Source of the DNA: an uncultured Thermoplasmatales archaeon
GTDB taxonomy: Archaea; Thermoplasmatota; E2; UBA202; DSCA01
DNA: 45,972 nt
Direction of reading: 5' to 3'
Assembly (NCBI GenBank): GCA_964514975.1
Contig: CAZESS010000001.1
Span: 126,297-172,268, forward strand
Shown: positions 1 through 9,860 of the stretch, piece by piece
Layout of the letters: each line of letters starts with the position of its first letter
Position numbering within the stretch: the stretch's first letter is position 1
The notes under the pieces: generated by a model
What the model was told of the DNA's origin: nothing
The model's input: the letters and a program-made list of their open reading frames with translations, nothing else
Databases searched by the model: none
Program-made: the position numbers and the translations under genes

Positions 1-415
1 GATGTGGTGCTGTCGAAGACGGTGTGGAATGGCTCAGCCTGGGTGGAGTATCACTGGGAGGATGTCGGTGATGTGGTGACGTTTAATTTGACGGTGACGA
101 ATAATGGGACGAATCCCTTGGTGGATGTGACGGTGAATGAGTCGTTGCCGGCGGGGCTGCTGAATGGGAGCTGGGGGGCATCGTATGAGTGGACGATAGC
201 TGGTCCGTTGATGGTGGGTGAGAGCTGGTCTGTTATGTTTGATGCTGTGGTGATTGATGTGGGCGTGATGGTGAATGATGCCCGGGTTGGGGGGTATTGT
301 GAGAATACGTCTGCGTTTGTCGAGGATGCCGATTCGGCGTCTGTTGAGGGTGAACGGGCGGATGTGGTGCTGTCGAAGACGGTGTGGAATGGCTCAGCCT
401 GGGTGGAGTATCACT
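1..415 (+). repeat. Exact 55-bp direct repeat (1-55 and 361-415) marking a 360-bp tandem coding unit
   Basis: gatgtggtgctgtcgaagacggtgtggaatggctcagcctgggtggagtatcact is identical at both positions. Confidence 0.95.
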
Positions 416-3400
416 ATGTAGACGATATGAGAGAAGCCATCATGTTCAATCTCACGATAATGAATAATGGTACTAATCCATTGATAACGGTTAACGTAAC
501 GGATGTGCTGCCCTCTGGCTTGGCGAATGCCTCATGGGGCGAGAGTACATCCTGGCTTATTTCATTCCTTGCCGTTGGTGATACAACCACCATTATCTTT
601 AATGCTACTGTTGTTGGTGATGGCATACTTGTTAATACCGCATCTGTTATGGGTGTCTGTGAAAATACATCTACCCCTGTTTATTACGAGGATAACGCCA
701 CCGTTGAAGCAGGAGCTGACCTGGTAGTGGAAAAGATGGATATGCCGGACCCGGTGGTGGCGGGGGCATCTCTGAATTACACGATTACGGTAACCAATTA
801 TGGTCCCACGGCAGCAGATAACGTGCTTGTTACCGATCTGCTTCCTGCAAATGTTACGATAACGGCTGCTGCAGCAGGGTATACTTGTCTGGATCATCCT
901 GTGCAGTGGCTTATTCCGCGTTTGAACGCAAGTGCTTCGGTGATGCTCTGGGTGAACGTCACCGTGGATAGTAGTGCCCTGGGTATGCTGCATAACCGGG
1001 TGAACGTGTCCAGTTCTACCTATGATCCGAATGTCACCAACAACGAGGATGAAGAGGATACTGAGGTAAACACGGTCGTCCGGCTGTCAATACGTAAATC
1101 AGACTCGTCTGACCCGGTGCATGATGGCGAACCATTAACGTACACCGTCATCGTCACGAATCATGGTCCCAGCGATGCATATGACGTCATGGTAACTGAA
1201 CATTACGACAGCAGATTCACGTACCAATCCGCGAGCCCTCAGCCCGAGGAGGGAACACAGAACTCGTGGTCACTGGGCATGATTCCGGCTCACGGACACA
1301 GCACCATAGCCATCCAGGGCGTCGTTACGGTGGATGATGATGCAGACATGATCAATGTCGTCGCCGCTGTCGCCGCTAATGCAAATATTTCACGCACGAC
1401 GGAGGTTACCGAGGTCACCTCTCCGATCATACGAATAACCAAGGATGCACCGGTTACCGTGAAGGCATGGGAGAATATTACGTATTCACTGACCTATTAC
1501 AACCCTGGCGATATGCCGCTGACCAATGTGACCATCACTGAGACATACCCTTCGCCTACCACGTTTATCACCTCGATGCCCATGCCCACCGTGGGTAACA
1601 ACACATGGATTATCGATTATCTGCCGCCGCATACTGCGAGGGCCATTGAGGTTACGTTGTCTATTAACACATCAATTGAGAATGGGACGCTGCTTTTCAA
1701 CCATGTCAATGTCTCCGCTGACCAGAACGTATCTGCCACAGCCAACGCCACGACGACTGTTCTCAATTGTGAAATATATGATCCCAAGGTATCAATCGAC
1801 TTGAATGGCCCGCCACTTGTCCCGGGTGACATTATCGAGTACCGTATCTGGATTAACAACACAGGTATTCTTCCCGCTGAGAATGCTTCATTTACCGACC
1901 CGATTCCAACCCATACAGCCTATGTGCCAGGCTCCGCAACGGCATCATACGGCACAATTGTGTATAACACCAGCGCGGACAGCCTTCAGTGGCATGGAAC
2001 CATTCCCTCTAAGGCGTCGCTCAACATCGTCTTTAGAGTTCGCGTTGATGACGTACCCTCGGGGATTGAAATCCTCAATCAGGGTGTACTTTCCTGTCAC
2101 AATATGCAGAATCCCACTGATGACCCTAGCACAATACCGTTCGATGACCCAACAAATGATACCGTCGTGGTTCCACCATTAACCGTGGAAAAGACCGATA
2201 CTCCGGACCCCGTATATGCCGGGGATACCCTGACCTACGGTGTTACCGTAGCCAATACCGGTGAAGATATCCTCAGGAATATTACCGTGGTTGACACATA
2301 TGACTCGATGCTCACCGTCATTGCTACGGATAATGGAACAATACATAATGATACCATCACGTGGCACATCCCGCTTCTGTATCCCGGCGATGTCGTTGCC
2401 TACACGGTTACAGCGGAGGTCGAACATGTAGATATCGTTATGGAGATTCTCAATACTGTCATTGCTGTTGCGGAAACCGGAGAACGGGGGGAGGACAATG
2501 AGACCACCGGTATCAAACCCGTTCCCCCAGAACCATTGTTGATGATACAAAAAACGGACGATGTGGATCCTGTAGAGCCAACTCACCGGCTCAGATATAC
2601 GATAACCGTTGCTAATACGGGCTCAGGATATGCAACCGATGTTGTGATAAAAGATACGCTGCCTGGGGAGATACAGTATGAAGGGTCTTCCCATGCCCCG
2701 ACAAAGGTCGAGGGAAGCGTCCTCACCTGGGACATCGGAGATCTCGCCGCCGGTGAAACATTTACTTTGACTGTTTGGACTCGGGCTGACTACGGCCTTG
2801 CTACGGGGACGATACTGAATAATACTGTGAACGTTACCTGCGATGAGGGTGTTTATGATTACGCTTGGGAAACAACGAATATAACAAATAAGCCACCTGT
2901 CACCGAGAAAAAATTCCATGGATTTGTCCAGAACGAAAGCTTTACAACGGGTACCGGTAACTATGTGCTTCACCATGTAACAAATGAAACATTCATTACG
3001 CTTGACGCCGTCGATTTCCCGCATACTGGTATGTCAGGTGTAAACAACACATGGTACCGGATATATAAATGGAATAAAAACACAGAAAAATGGCAGATGC
3101 TTTTCAACTGGAAGCTCTACGGTAGCTGGCGGACAGAGGCACCATATTTCCCGGTACATCTGGCATCACTTGGGGAGATGTATGGACTCTCACCGGACGG
3201 AAAATACCAGATAGATTTCTACAGCAACGACGGAGCAGGCAACTACGAACAACCCAAATGGAATGATGTCTATGTACATTCATCACAGCTCCCGCAGGCT
3301 AGCTTCAGCTATACGCCGACAAGCCCCGCCACAATCGAGGACATACAGTTCACCGATACCTCGGTTGATGAGGCTGGATCTGTTGTTTCGTGGTGGTGGG

Positions 3401-5250
3401 AGTTTGGTGACGGTTCCACGGGGCGTGGTGAGCGGGTGTCGCATAGGTATGATGATGACGGGTGCTACCGGGTTAATTTGACGGTTGTTGATGATGACGG
3501 GGCGAGGGATACTACGAGCCAGATGATCACGGTGAGCAGTGTTGGGCCATCGGCGAGCTTTACGGATGAGCCTGCGAGCCTGAGCACCACCGATCTGGTC
3601 TATTTCAACAGCACCTCCAGTGACAGTGATGGCTCCATTGTTAACTGTACATGGGACCTGGGTGATGGTACCATCCTATATGGTGAACATGTGACCCATA
3701 GCTATAGTGACGACGGCGACTGCACGGTCACTCTCACGGTGACGGATGATGATGGTGCGATTGATACTGCCAGTCACGTGGTGTCGGTAAGCACTGTTTC
3801 GCCATCGGCGTCGTTCACTGTTTCGCCATCGGACCCGTTGACCGGCAACATTGTCTACTTCAATAGTACATCCAGCGATTTTGATGGAAGTATTGTGAAT
3901 TGGACATGGGATCTGGGTGATGGTACCATCCTGTATGGTGAACATGTTATCCATAGCTATGGCGACAATGCGAGCTACACGGTGACGTTGACGGTCGTGG
4001 ATGATGATGGAGCTACAAACACCATGTCCCAGCAGGTTGCTGTACATGCTGTCACCCCATCTATATCGTTCACTGCCAATGAATCCAGCGATGAACTCGT
4101 CGTTATCTCCGCGCCTCAAGGACTGTCATGGAGCGACGTTTACATTGCATGCTCCAATGGCACCGATACGGATATCATTGACATGGCAGGAACTATTGGG
4201 GAGGGTGATATTATCCCCGTTGGAACTACAGGACTCTTCGACACGATTACTGTTAACCTCACATGGATGCCCACGGCAGCTACTATCGGGCAATATGTGT
4301 TTACACGAGCCACATCCGCAGACACATCCGCCGATAGTCTCTATAACCTCTCTATTTCGATGTCGCCATCTGATTATGGTTCAATATCTCTCAATCCATC
4401 CGGTGGCATATATGGAGAAGGCACAGTGGTGACAGCCACTGCGACCCCGATGTCTGGCTGCCAGTTCGACCGCTGGGGTGGTGACGTCAGCGGCGGCGAC
4501 ACATCGGTCCAGATTACGATGCATGAGGATATGGGCATTGTTGCTTATTTCATCGAGGAAGCCTCCAGACCTGCAAAAAACATGGCTCCCACGATTTCCC
4601 TCGATACTCCTGCCGGCGGCAGCACCGTTTCTGATGTCGTACCCGTGGAGGGCACCGCCGGCGAAGTGGATGGAACCGTGCAATACGTAGAGGTCAGGAT
4701 AGATGAGGGGTCATGGCACACGGCGACAGGCACAGACAGCTGGATATATATGTGGGATACCAACATGGTAGGTGATGGCAGTCATACAGTATATGTACGC
4801 AGCTATGATGGAGAAGACCACTCCGATATTGCCTCTGTGACAGTGACGGTGGATAACGTCCTTCAGGGTCATATTCCCATCGTTGTTATTACAGCCCCGG
4901 CAAACGGTACAGTGATAGCTGAATCACTGGTCATCCAGGGGAATGCAGGTGACATGGATGGCAACGACACCGTTACAAAAGTTGAGATACGCATGGACGA
5001 CGGCGACTGGGTGGTGGCCAATGGCACTGGCAACTGGTCATACAGTCCTGACCCGGAATCCATGAGCGGTCATACCCATATCATACAGGCCCGGGCTTAC
5101 GATGGAACAGAGTATTCATCCATCAAATCCATCACATGTATCATGGGTGATGAGCAGGACAATAGTGCCCCTGGCTTCGAGATGCCTCTGCTGCTCGCCG
5201 TTGCGTTCGCTATCCTGATATTGCTGAAGAAACGGAAAACGGCTATGTAG
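4..5250 (+). CDS. Large cell-surface protein, 5'-truncated by the window edge: tandem DUF11-type Ig-like repeats, three PKD domains, Ig-like (Big) domains and a C-terminal PGF-CTERM anchor
   Basis: Repeated 'K.D.PDPV..G..L.YTITV.N.G' units; PKD 'W.WDLGDG...G..V.HSY...G.Y.VTLTV.DDDGA'; C-terminus PGFEMPLLLAVAFAILILLKKRK (PGF, TM helix, basic tail); many N-x-S/T sequons. Confidence 0.9.
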   Translation: MVLSKTVWNGSAWVEYHWEDVGDVVTFNLTVTNNGTNPLVDVTVNESLPAGLLNGSWGASYEWTIAGPLMVGESWSVMFDAVVIDVGVMVNDARVGGYCENTSAFVEDADSASVEGERADVVLSKTVWNGSAWVEYHYVDDMREAIMFNLTIMNNGTNPLITVNVTDVLPSGLANASWGESTSWLISFLAVGDTTTIIFNATVVGDGILVNTASVMGVCENTSTPVYYEDNATVEAGADLVVEKMDMPDPVVAGASLNYTITVTNYGPTAADNVLVTDLLPANVTITAAAAGYTCLDHPVQWLIPRLNASASVMLWVNVTVDSSALGMLHNRVNVSSSTYDPNVTNNEDEEDTEVNTVVRLSIRKSDSSDPVHDGEPLTYTVIVTNHGPSDAYDVMVTEHYDSRFTYQSASPQPEEGTQNSWSLGMIPAHGHSTIAIQGVVTVDDDADMINVVAAVAANANISRTTEVTEVTSPIIRITKDAPVTVKAWENITYSLTYYNPGDMPLTNVTITETYPSPTTFITSMPMPTVGNNTWIIDYLPPHTARAIEVTLSINTSIENGTLLFNHVNVSADQNVSATANATTTVLNCEIYDPKVSIDLNGPPLVPGDIIEYRIWINNTGILPAENASFTDPIPTHTAYVPGSATASYGTIVYNTSADSLQWHGTIPSKASLNIVFRVRVDDVPSGIEILNQGVLSCHNMQNPTDDPSTIPFDDPTNDTVVVPPLTVEKTDTPDPVYAGDTLTYGVTVANTGEDILRNITVVDTYDSMLTVIATDNGTIHNDTITWHIPLLYPGDVVAYTVTAEVEHVDIVMEILNTVIAVAETGERGEDNETTGIKPVPPEPLLMIQKTDDVDPVEPTHRLRYTITVANTGSGYATDVVIKDTLPGEIQYEGSSHAPTKVEGSVLTWDIGDLAAGETFTLTVWTRADYGLATGTILNNTVNVTCDEGVYDYAWETTNITNKPPVTEKKFHGFVQNESFTTGTGNYVLHHVTNETFITLDAVDFPHTGMSGVNNTWYRIYKWNKNTEKWQMLFNWKLYGSWRTEAPYFPVHLASLGEMYGLSPDGKYQIDFYSNDGAGNYEQPKWNDVYVHSSQLPQASFSYTPTSPATIEDIQFTDTSVDEAGSVVSWWWEFGDGSTGRGERVSHRYDDDGCYRVNLTVVDDDGARDTTSQMITVSSVGPSASFTDEPASLSTTDLVYFNSTSSDSDGSIVNCTWDLGDGTILYGEHVTHSYSDDGDCTVTLTVTDDDGAIDTASHVVSVSTVSPSASFTVSPSDPLTGNIVYFNSTSSDFDGSIVNWTWDLGDGTILYGEHVIHSYGDNASYTVTLTVVDDDGATNTMSQQVAVHAVTPSISFTANESSDELVVISAPQGLSWSDVYIACSNGTDTDIIDMAGTIGEGDIIPVGTTGLFDTITVNLTWMPTAATIGQYVFTRATSADTSADSLYNLSISMSPSDYGSISLNPSGGIYGEGTVVTATATPMSGCQFDRWGGDVSGGDTSVQITMHEDMGIVAYFIEEASRPAKNMAPTISLDTPAGGSTVSDVVPVEGTAGEVDGTVQYVEVRIDEGSWHTATGTDSWIYMWDTNMVGDGSHTVYVRSYDGEDHSDIASVTVTVDNVLQGHIPIVVITAPANGTVIAESLVIQGNAGDMDGNDTVTKVEIRMDDGDWVVANGTGNWSYSPDPESMSGHTHIIQARAYDGTEYSSIKSITCIMGDEQDNSAPGFEMPLLLAVAFAILILLKKRKTAM
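3545..4050 (+). repeat. Two closely related tandem PKD-coding repeats
   Basis: acatgggacctgggtgatggtaccatcctatatggtgaacatgt (about 3650) versus acatgggatctgggtgatggtaccatcctgtatggtgaacatgt (about 3904). Confidence 0.85.
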
Positions 5251-5404
5251 GCTGCTCCGGAACTGGTACATCCAACCCATCCTTCGTATCCACATAGCAT
5301 GCCCCTTTCATCGTAGCGGAAAATACGAGCGACAGATAGATGGTTCATGGCAGCTCGAACATATTTCCCCACTATCTTTTTATGTGGTTTTTCATTCAGC
5401 CTGT

Positions 5405-6694
5405 ATGAACTGGAAGAAAGAGGCCGATTTTGTCCGCAGCATGGCGCGGAAGAACAACCAGATGTTCGGCGACGTGCTCCCGATGATCGCCTCGGAGAAC
5501 ATTCTGTCGCCGATGTGCGAGGAGATGCTGGTCACCGATTTCCATGGCCGGTATGCGGAGGGCACCCCGGGCAACCGCTACTATCAGGGCTGCCGGTGGT
5601 TCGACGAGGTAGAGCTGAAGGGCATGGAGCTTGCCAGGAGGCTGTTCGACTGCGCCTACGCGGATATCAGGCCGACGGCTGGCACCGTGGCAAACATGGC
5701 CGTGTTCAAGGCGCTCATCGAGCCCGGTGAGCCGGTTACCGTGCTCGACACGGCATCCGGTGCGCATATCTCCTACGGAAAATGGGGCGCTGCCGGTCTC
5801 CGCGACCTGGAGCTGCATTCCTATCCGTTTGACGGCGACCGGATGAACATCGACGTGGACGGGGCGGCGAAGCTCATCCGGGAGGTTGAGCCACGGCTGG
5901 CGCTGTTCGGCCAGTCGGTGTTCCTGTTTCCGACGCCGCTGCAGGAGCTCGCCGACGTGGCGCACGAGGTCGGTGCCATGGTGGTCTACGATGCGGCACA
6001 TGTCCTGGGTCTCATCGGCGGCGGGCGGTTCCAGCAGCCCTTGAAGGAGGGCGCCGACGTGATGACCGGCTCGACGCATAAGACATTGCCCGGTCCCCAG
6101 GGCGGCATGGTGTTGACGGATACGGAGCGGGACGAGGCGGAATGGATGAAATATCTCGACTGGGGTGTGTTCCCCGGCGTGACGTCGTCGTATCATCTGC
6201 ACCATGTGGCGGCGAAGGTCATCGCGTTCGCCGAGCACCTGGAATACGGCGAGGCATATGCCGACCAGATTATCCGGAATGCGAAGGCGCTTGCTGGCGC
6301 GCTGGACGAGCAGGGCTTCGAGGTGCTGGGCGCCGATTACGGCTATACGGAGTCGCATCAGATCGTGTTCAAGGTGGGCGAAAAGCGAGGTAACCCTGCA
6401 GCCGGGCGCCTGGAGGAGGCGGGTATCATTGCCAACGGCAACATGGTCCCCGAGGACGAGAGCCCGCTGCATCCCTCCGGCATCCGGCTGGGGGTCCAGG
6501 AGATCACCCGGCTGGGGATGGAGGAAAATGAGATGGAGGACATCGCCGTGTTCTTCCGACGGGTGCTCCAGGACCGGGAGGAGCCCGAAACGGTGAAACA
6601 GGACGTTGTTTCGTTCAAGCAGCTGTATCGGACGATCCGGTACTGTTTCCATGAGGGCAGGGATCCCTATGCCTTTCATGAAATGATTCCATGA
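5405..6694 (+). CDS. glyA: Serine hydroxymethyltransferase
   Basis: MIASEN, YAEG.PG.RYYQG, DAAHVLGL, PLP-lysine motif STHKTLPGPQGG, SGIRLG; start taken at ATG 5405 (alternative 5384). Confidence 0.96.
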   Translation: MNWKKEADFVRSMARKNNQMFGDVLPMIASENILSPMCEEMLVTDFHGRYAEGTPGNRYYQGCRWFDEVELKGMELARRLFDCAYADIRPTAGTVANMAVFKALIEPGEPVTVLDTASGAHISYGKWGAAGLRDLELHSYPFDGDRMNIDVDGAAKLIREVEPRLALFGQSVFLFPTPLQELADVAHEVGAMVVYDAAHVLGLIGGGRFQQPLKEGADVMTGSTHKTLPGPQGGMVLTDTERDEAEWMKYLDWGVFPGVTSSYHLHHVAAKVIAFAEHLEYGEAYADQIIRNAKALAGALDEQGFEVLGADYGYTESHQIVFKVGEKRGNPAAGRLEEAGIIANGNMVPEDESPLHPSGIRLGVQEITRLGMEENEMEDIAVFFRRVLQDREEPETVKQDVVSFKQLYRTIRYCFHEGRDPYAFHEMIP

Positions 6695-7215
6695 AAACGG
6701 CCATCTCTGGGACGCCGGGAACCGGCAAAACGGCGGTTGCGTCATGCCTTGCGGAGCGGGGCTACCGGGTGCTGTTTTTTTCCCATCTCGCATCCGGGTA
6801 CGTGTGCGGCCGTGACGAGGAGCGGGACTGCGACATCGTCGATGTTGCCGCCATGGATGCGGTGTTTCGATGTCGCAGTGGTGACCTGCTCGTTGAGGGT
6901 CACCTGTCGCATCAGTTGAGCGTCGACCAGGCGGTGGTGCTGCGCTGCCATCCCGACGTGCTGGCCGGCCGTCTTCGGCAGCGGGGATGGAGCTCCCGGA
7001 AGATCAGGGAGAACGTGGAGGCGGAGGCGCTCGACGTTGTTTTGATTGATGCCATCGAGCGGCATGGCGAGGGACGGGTCGTGATGGTTGACACCACTGA
7101 ACGTGACGTCGCCGTGGTTGCGGACATGGTGGCGATGCTGCATGATGATGGGGTTGCTGCCGGTGCCGGTGACATGGTTGACTGGAACAGATGGCTGGTG
7201 GAGCATGCTGGATAG
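6691..7215 (+). CDS. Adenylate kinase, archaeal AK6/Fap7 type
   Basis: P-loop ISGTPGTGKT, VEGHLSH, LRCHP..L..RL..RGW...KI.EN.EAE; ATGA overlap with glyA. Confidence 0.9.
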   Translation: MKTAISGTPGTGKTAVASCLAERGYRVLFFSHLASGYVCGRDEERDCDIVDVAAMDAVFRCRSGDLLVEGHLSHQLSVDQAVVLRCHPDVLAGRLRQRGWSSRKIRENVEAEALDVVLIDAIERHGEGRVVMVDTTERDVAVVADMVAMLHDDGVAAGAGDMVDWNRWLVEHAG

Positions 7216-7813
7216 ATATCGTCATCGGGCGGACTGGCTGCTGGACGCGCTTGCCTCCCATATCGAGGTGCCGCCCAACGTGCTGAGCCTGCTGTCGCTG
7301 CTCTGTGCCTTTGCCGCCGGCGTGACGCTGTATGGCTCGTTTGCGCATGCAGGGCTGCTGGTGCTCGCCGCGGTACTGGTGGCGGCCAACGGGCTGTTTG
7401 ACGCGCTGGACGGCAGGGTGGCCCGGCTCCGGCGGCTTGCGTCACCCCGGGGCGATTTTGTTGACCATGCGATCGACCGCTTCGCGGACGTGTTCATCGT
7501 CGGCGGCGTCGCCGTTTCCGGGTGGTGTTCAAGGCTGGCCGGCGTGGGCGCGATGGCGGGGATGCTGCTGACCAGCTACATGGGCACCCAGGCGCAGGCC
7601 GTCGGATACGGCCGGGTGTACAGCGGCCTTCTGGGGCGGGCGGACCGCATCGTTATCCTGATGGTGGCGCTGCTGGTGCAGGCGGTGCTGGTCTGGCAGG
7701 ACGTGGCCGTTTTCGGTGAGCCATTGCTGCACTGGGTGATGGCGTACTTTGCGGTTGCGGGCATCGCGACGGCGGTGCACCGCGTTGCGCTCGTGCTGCG
7801 CTGGCTCCAGTAG
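7205..7813 (+). CDS. CDP-alcohol phosphatidyltransferase (archaetidylinositol-phosphate/archaetidylglycerol-phosphate synthase family)
   Basis: Signature DALDGRVAR....S.RG.FVDHAIDRFAD; PNVLS; hydrophobic helices; ATG 7205 overlaps the kinase stop region. Confidence 0.92.
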   Translation: MLDRYRHRADWLLDALASHIEVPPNVLSLLSLLCAFAAGVTLYGSFAHAGLLVLAAVLVAANGLFDALDGRVARLRRLASPRGDFVDHAIDRFADVFIVGGVAVSGWCSRLAGVGAMAGMLLTSYMGTQAQAVGYGRVYSGLLGRADRIVILMVALLVQAVLVWQDVAVFGEPLLHWVMAYFAVAGIATAVHRVALVLRWLQ

Positions 7814-7939
7814 TTCGACGCCCGTATGAAAACATTTAAGTTCCGGCTGGAGGTTAGCCTTTTTCCATGAAAGACAGCAGACCGATAGCTCCGATGAATG
7901 ATGCATGCGTTGTTGTGGCTGTTCCGGGGGGTGCATTGC

Positions 7940-9466
7940 ATGGATAGCGACCTTCTCAGCCTTGCAGGCATCGGCGAAACGAAGGCACGGGCGCTGCACG
8001 ACACCGGTTTTTCCAGCGTTGACGACGTCCGTCGCGCCTCGGTGGAGGAGCTCTGCGCCGCGGAGGGTATCGGGCCGACGCTGGCGGAGGACATCAGGCG
8101 GCAGGCCGAGGCGATGAAGACGCCCCTGGCTTCCGAAGCGCGCGAGGCGGAGACATTTGTTTTTGCCGGTGAGCGGGCAGACGAGGAACCCAGAGGTGCT
8201 GGTGATGCTGCTGCTGAACAATGTCGTTCGGTGACCGATCTGCCGGAACCGGAACCGGAGCGGCCTGCCATGGTGGGGTGCGGCTTCCGTGTTACGCCGA
8301 TGGTTGCCGTGTTCATGGCCGCGGTGTTCGTGGGCGGTGCTCTGCTCGGCGGCTTCGTTGGCTACTGGACGCTTTCGGGGGATATCGACGACCTGCGGCA
8401 GGAAAATGATGCGCTGCAGGAGCAGATGTCCACGCTTGGCGGCCCGTCGCACAACATCACGTATTTTTTTGGCAACGCGTCGCTGTCGTCGCTGTACCGC
8501 GAGGTCAGGGACTCGATCGTGGTCATCCATGCCATCATCGAGCAGCAGTCGGTGTTTGGCACCCAGTATGCGGAGTCGCAGGGCTCTGGCTTCGTGTACA
8601 ACTACTCCGGACGGCATGTCGTCGTGACCAACTATCATGTGGTGCAGGATGCGGCTAACATCACGGTTCGCCTCTGCAATGGCACCGTCTATACCGCCGG
8701 CCTGCTCGGCGCCGATCCCTATGCAGACCTGGCTGTTCTGGAGCCGCATACGGGCAATGCGTCGCTGCAGCCGCTGTCCGTCGCTGCTTCCTCGTCGCTC
8801 GAGGTCGGTGACCCGGTGGTGGCCATCGGCAACCCGTTCGGGCTGACCGGCTCGATGACCACGGGTATCGTCAGCCATCTCGGCCGGACCATCCGTGAAT
8901 CGTCGGCGGGCAATTTTCCCATCGCGAACATCATCCAGATAAGCACGCCCATCAACCCGGGTAACTCGGGCGGCCCCCTGCTCAACTATGAGGGCGAGGT
9001 CGTCGGCATCACCACAGCCATCATCCAGGACTCGCAGGGCGTCGGCTTCGCCATTCCCTCGGACACCGTACTCAGGGAGGTCCCTGCGCTGGTCACCGAG
9101 GGCAGCTACGACCAGCATGCATGGCTCGGGGTCACCGGCATCGATATGACCTATCAGCTCGCCCGGGCCATGAACGTCTCCGTTACCTACGGCTGGCTCA
9201 TCGCCACGGTGGTCGACGACAGCCCCGCCGACAAAGCAGGCATCCGGGGCGGCGACCGGCAGGCCGTGGTCGGCGGACAGCAGGTCCTGCTCGGCGGCGA
9301 CATCCTCATCGCCGTGGACGGACATCGCGTCGTCAACGGCGACGACCTGATAAGCTATCTTGAAGCTGAGACATCGCCGGGTGACTCCATCGAGCTCGTA
9401 GTGATGCGCGACGGGGGGCAGCATACGCTCATCGTGACGCTTGAGAAACGTCCGCCGCCGTCATAG
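7940..9466 (+). CDS. Membrane-anchored HtrA/DegP-like trypsin serine protease with PDZ domain and an N-terminal helix-hairpin-helix domain
   Basis: GSGF, TNYHVV (His), DLAVL (Asp), INPGNSGGPL (Ser), PDZ 'SPADKAGI..GD'; N-terminal LAGIGETKA...EGIGPTLA; one TM segment; GGGGTG RBS before ATG 7940. Confidence 0.92.
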   Translation: MDSDLLSLAGIGETKARALHDTGFSSVDDVRRASVEELCAAEGIGPTLAEDIRRQAEAMKTPLASEAREAETFVFAGERADEEPRGAGDAAAEQCRSVTDLPEPEPERPAMVGCGFRVTPMVAVFMAAVFVGGALLGGFVGYWTLSGDIDDLRQENDALQEQMSTLGGPSHNITYFFGNASLSSLYREVRDSIVVIHAIIEQQSVFGTQYAESQGSGFVYNYSGRHVVVTNYHVVQDAANITVRLCNGTVYTAGLLGADPYADLAVLEPHTGNASLQPLSVAASSSLEVGDPVVAIGNPFGLTGSMTTGIVSHLGRTIRESSAGNFPIANIIQISTPINPGNSGGPLLNYEGEVVGITTAIIQDSQGVGFAIPSDTVLREVPALVTEGSYDQHAWLGVTGIDMTYQLARAMNVSVTYGWLIATVVDDSPADKAGIRGGDRQAVVGGQQVLLGGDILIAVDGHRVVNGDDLISYLEAETSPGDSIELVVMRDGGQHTLIVTLEKRPPPS

Positions 9467-9476
9467 TCACGGGACC

Positions 9477-9860
9477 TCATTCATCTGTCTCTGTTTCTTT
9501 CCCTTTTTTCCAGGCTATGAACCCGCGGGTTTGCAGCATGTGGAAAAAATAAAACGTGCGCTTTTCCAGTTCCTCCTCCACCTCGAACCGGTCGCCCATC
9601 TCCTCGTCCAGCGCCTTGAGGATGTCCTCTACGGTGGTATCGCCGTCGCATCGTTTCCATATAAAGGAGCCTAGGTCGTCGAGGCGGACCATGGCATGGT
9701 TGGGCTTGTGGAGCACCCGGCACAGCCATTTTCCGAGCCTGCCTTCGAACTTCTGCATCCTGACCTGCACATGCCCGTCCTCGTTTTCCTCCCAGCGGGC
9801 GGTGCGAACCGGTGTCACGTCACCGGGGATGTCAAGCTCGGTGCGCTTTTTACGTTTCAC
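9477..9860 (-). CDS. PqqD-family (RRE-fold) small protein
   Basis: VRLDDLGSFIWKRCDGDTTVEDI...L...F...L...GFI pattern; GTG start at 9860 overlaps the OPT stop. Confidence 0.8.
   Translation of the reverse strand: MKRKKRTELDIPGDVTPVRTARWEENEDGHVQVRMQKFEGRLGKWLCRVLHKPNHAMVRLDDLGSFIWKRCDGDTTVEDILKALDEEMGDRFEVEEELEKRTFYFFHMLQTRGFIAWKKGKETETDE

Noticed and set aside
1-415. Diversity-generating retroelement template/variable repeat pair
   Set aside because: The repeat is exact and in frame, with no adenine-specific mismatches and no reverse transcriptase in the window
5396-9424. Long antisense ORFs (5396-6793, 7529-9424, and similar ones opposite glnA, fhs and the radical SAM gene)
   Set aside because: Shadow frames of GC-rich genes; no motifs, and each fully overlaps a well-supported gene
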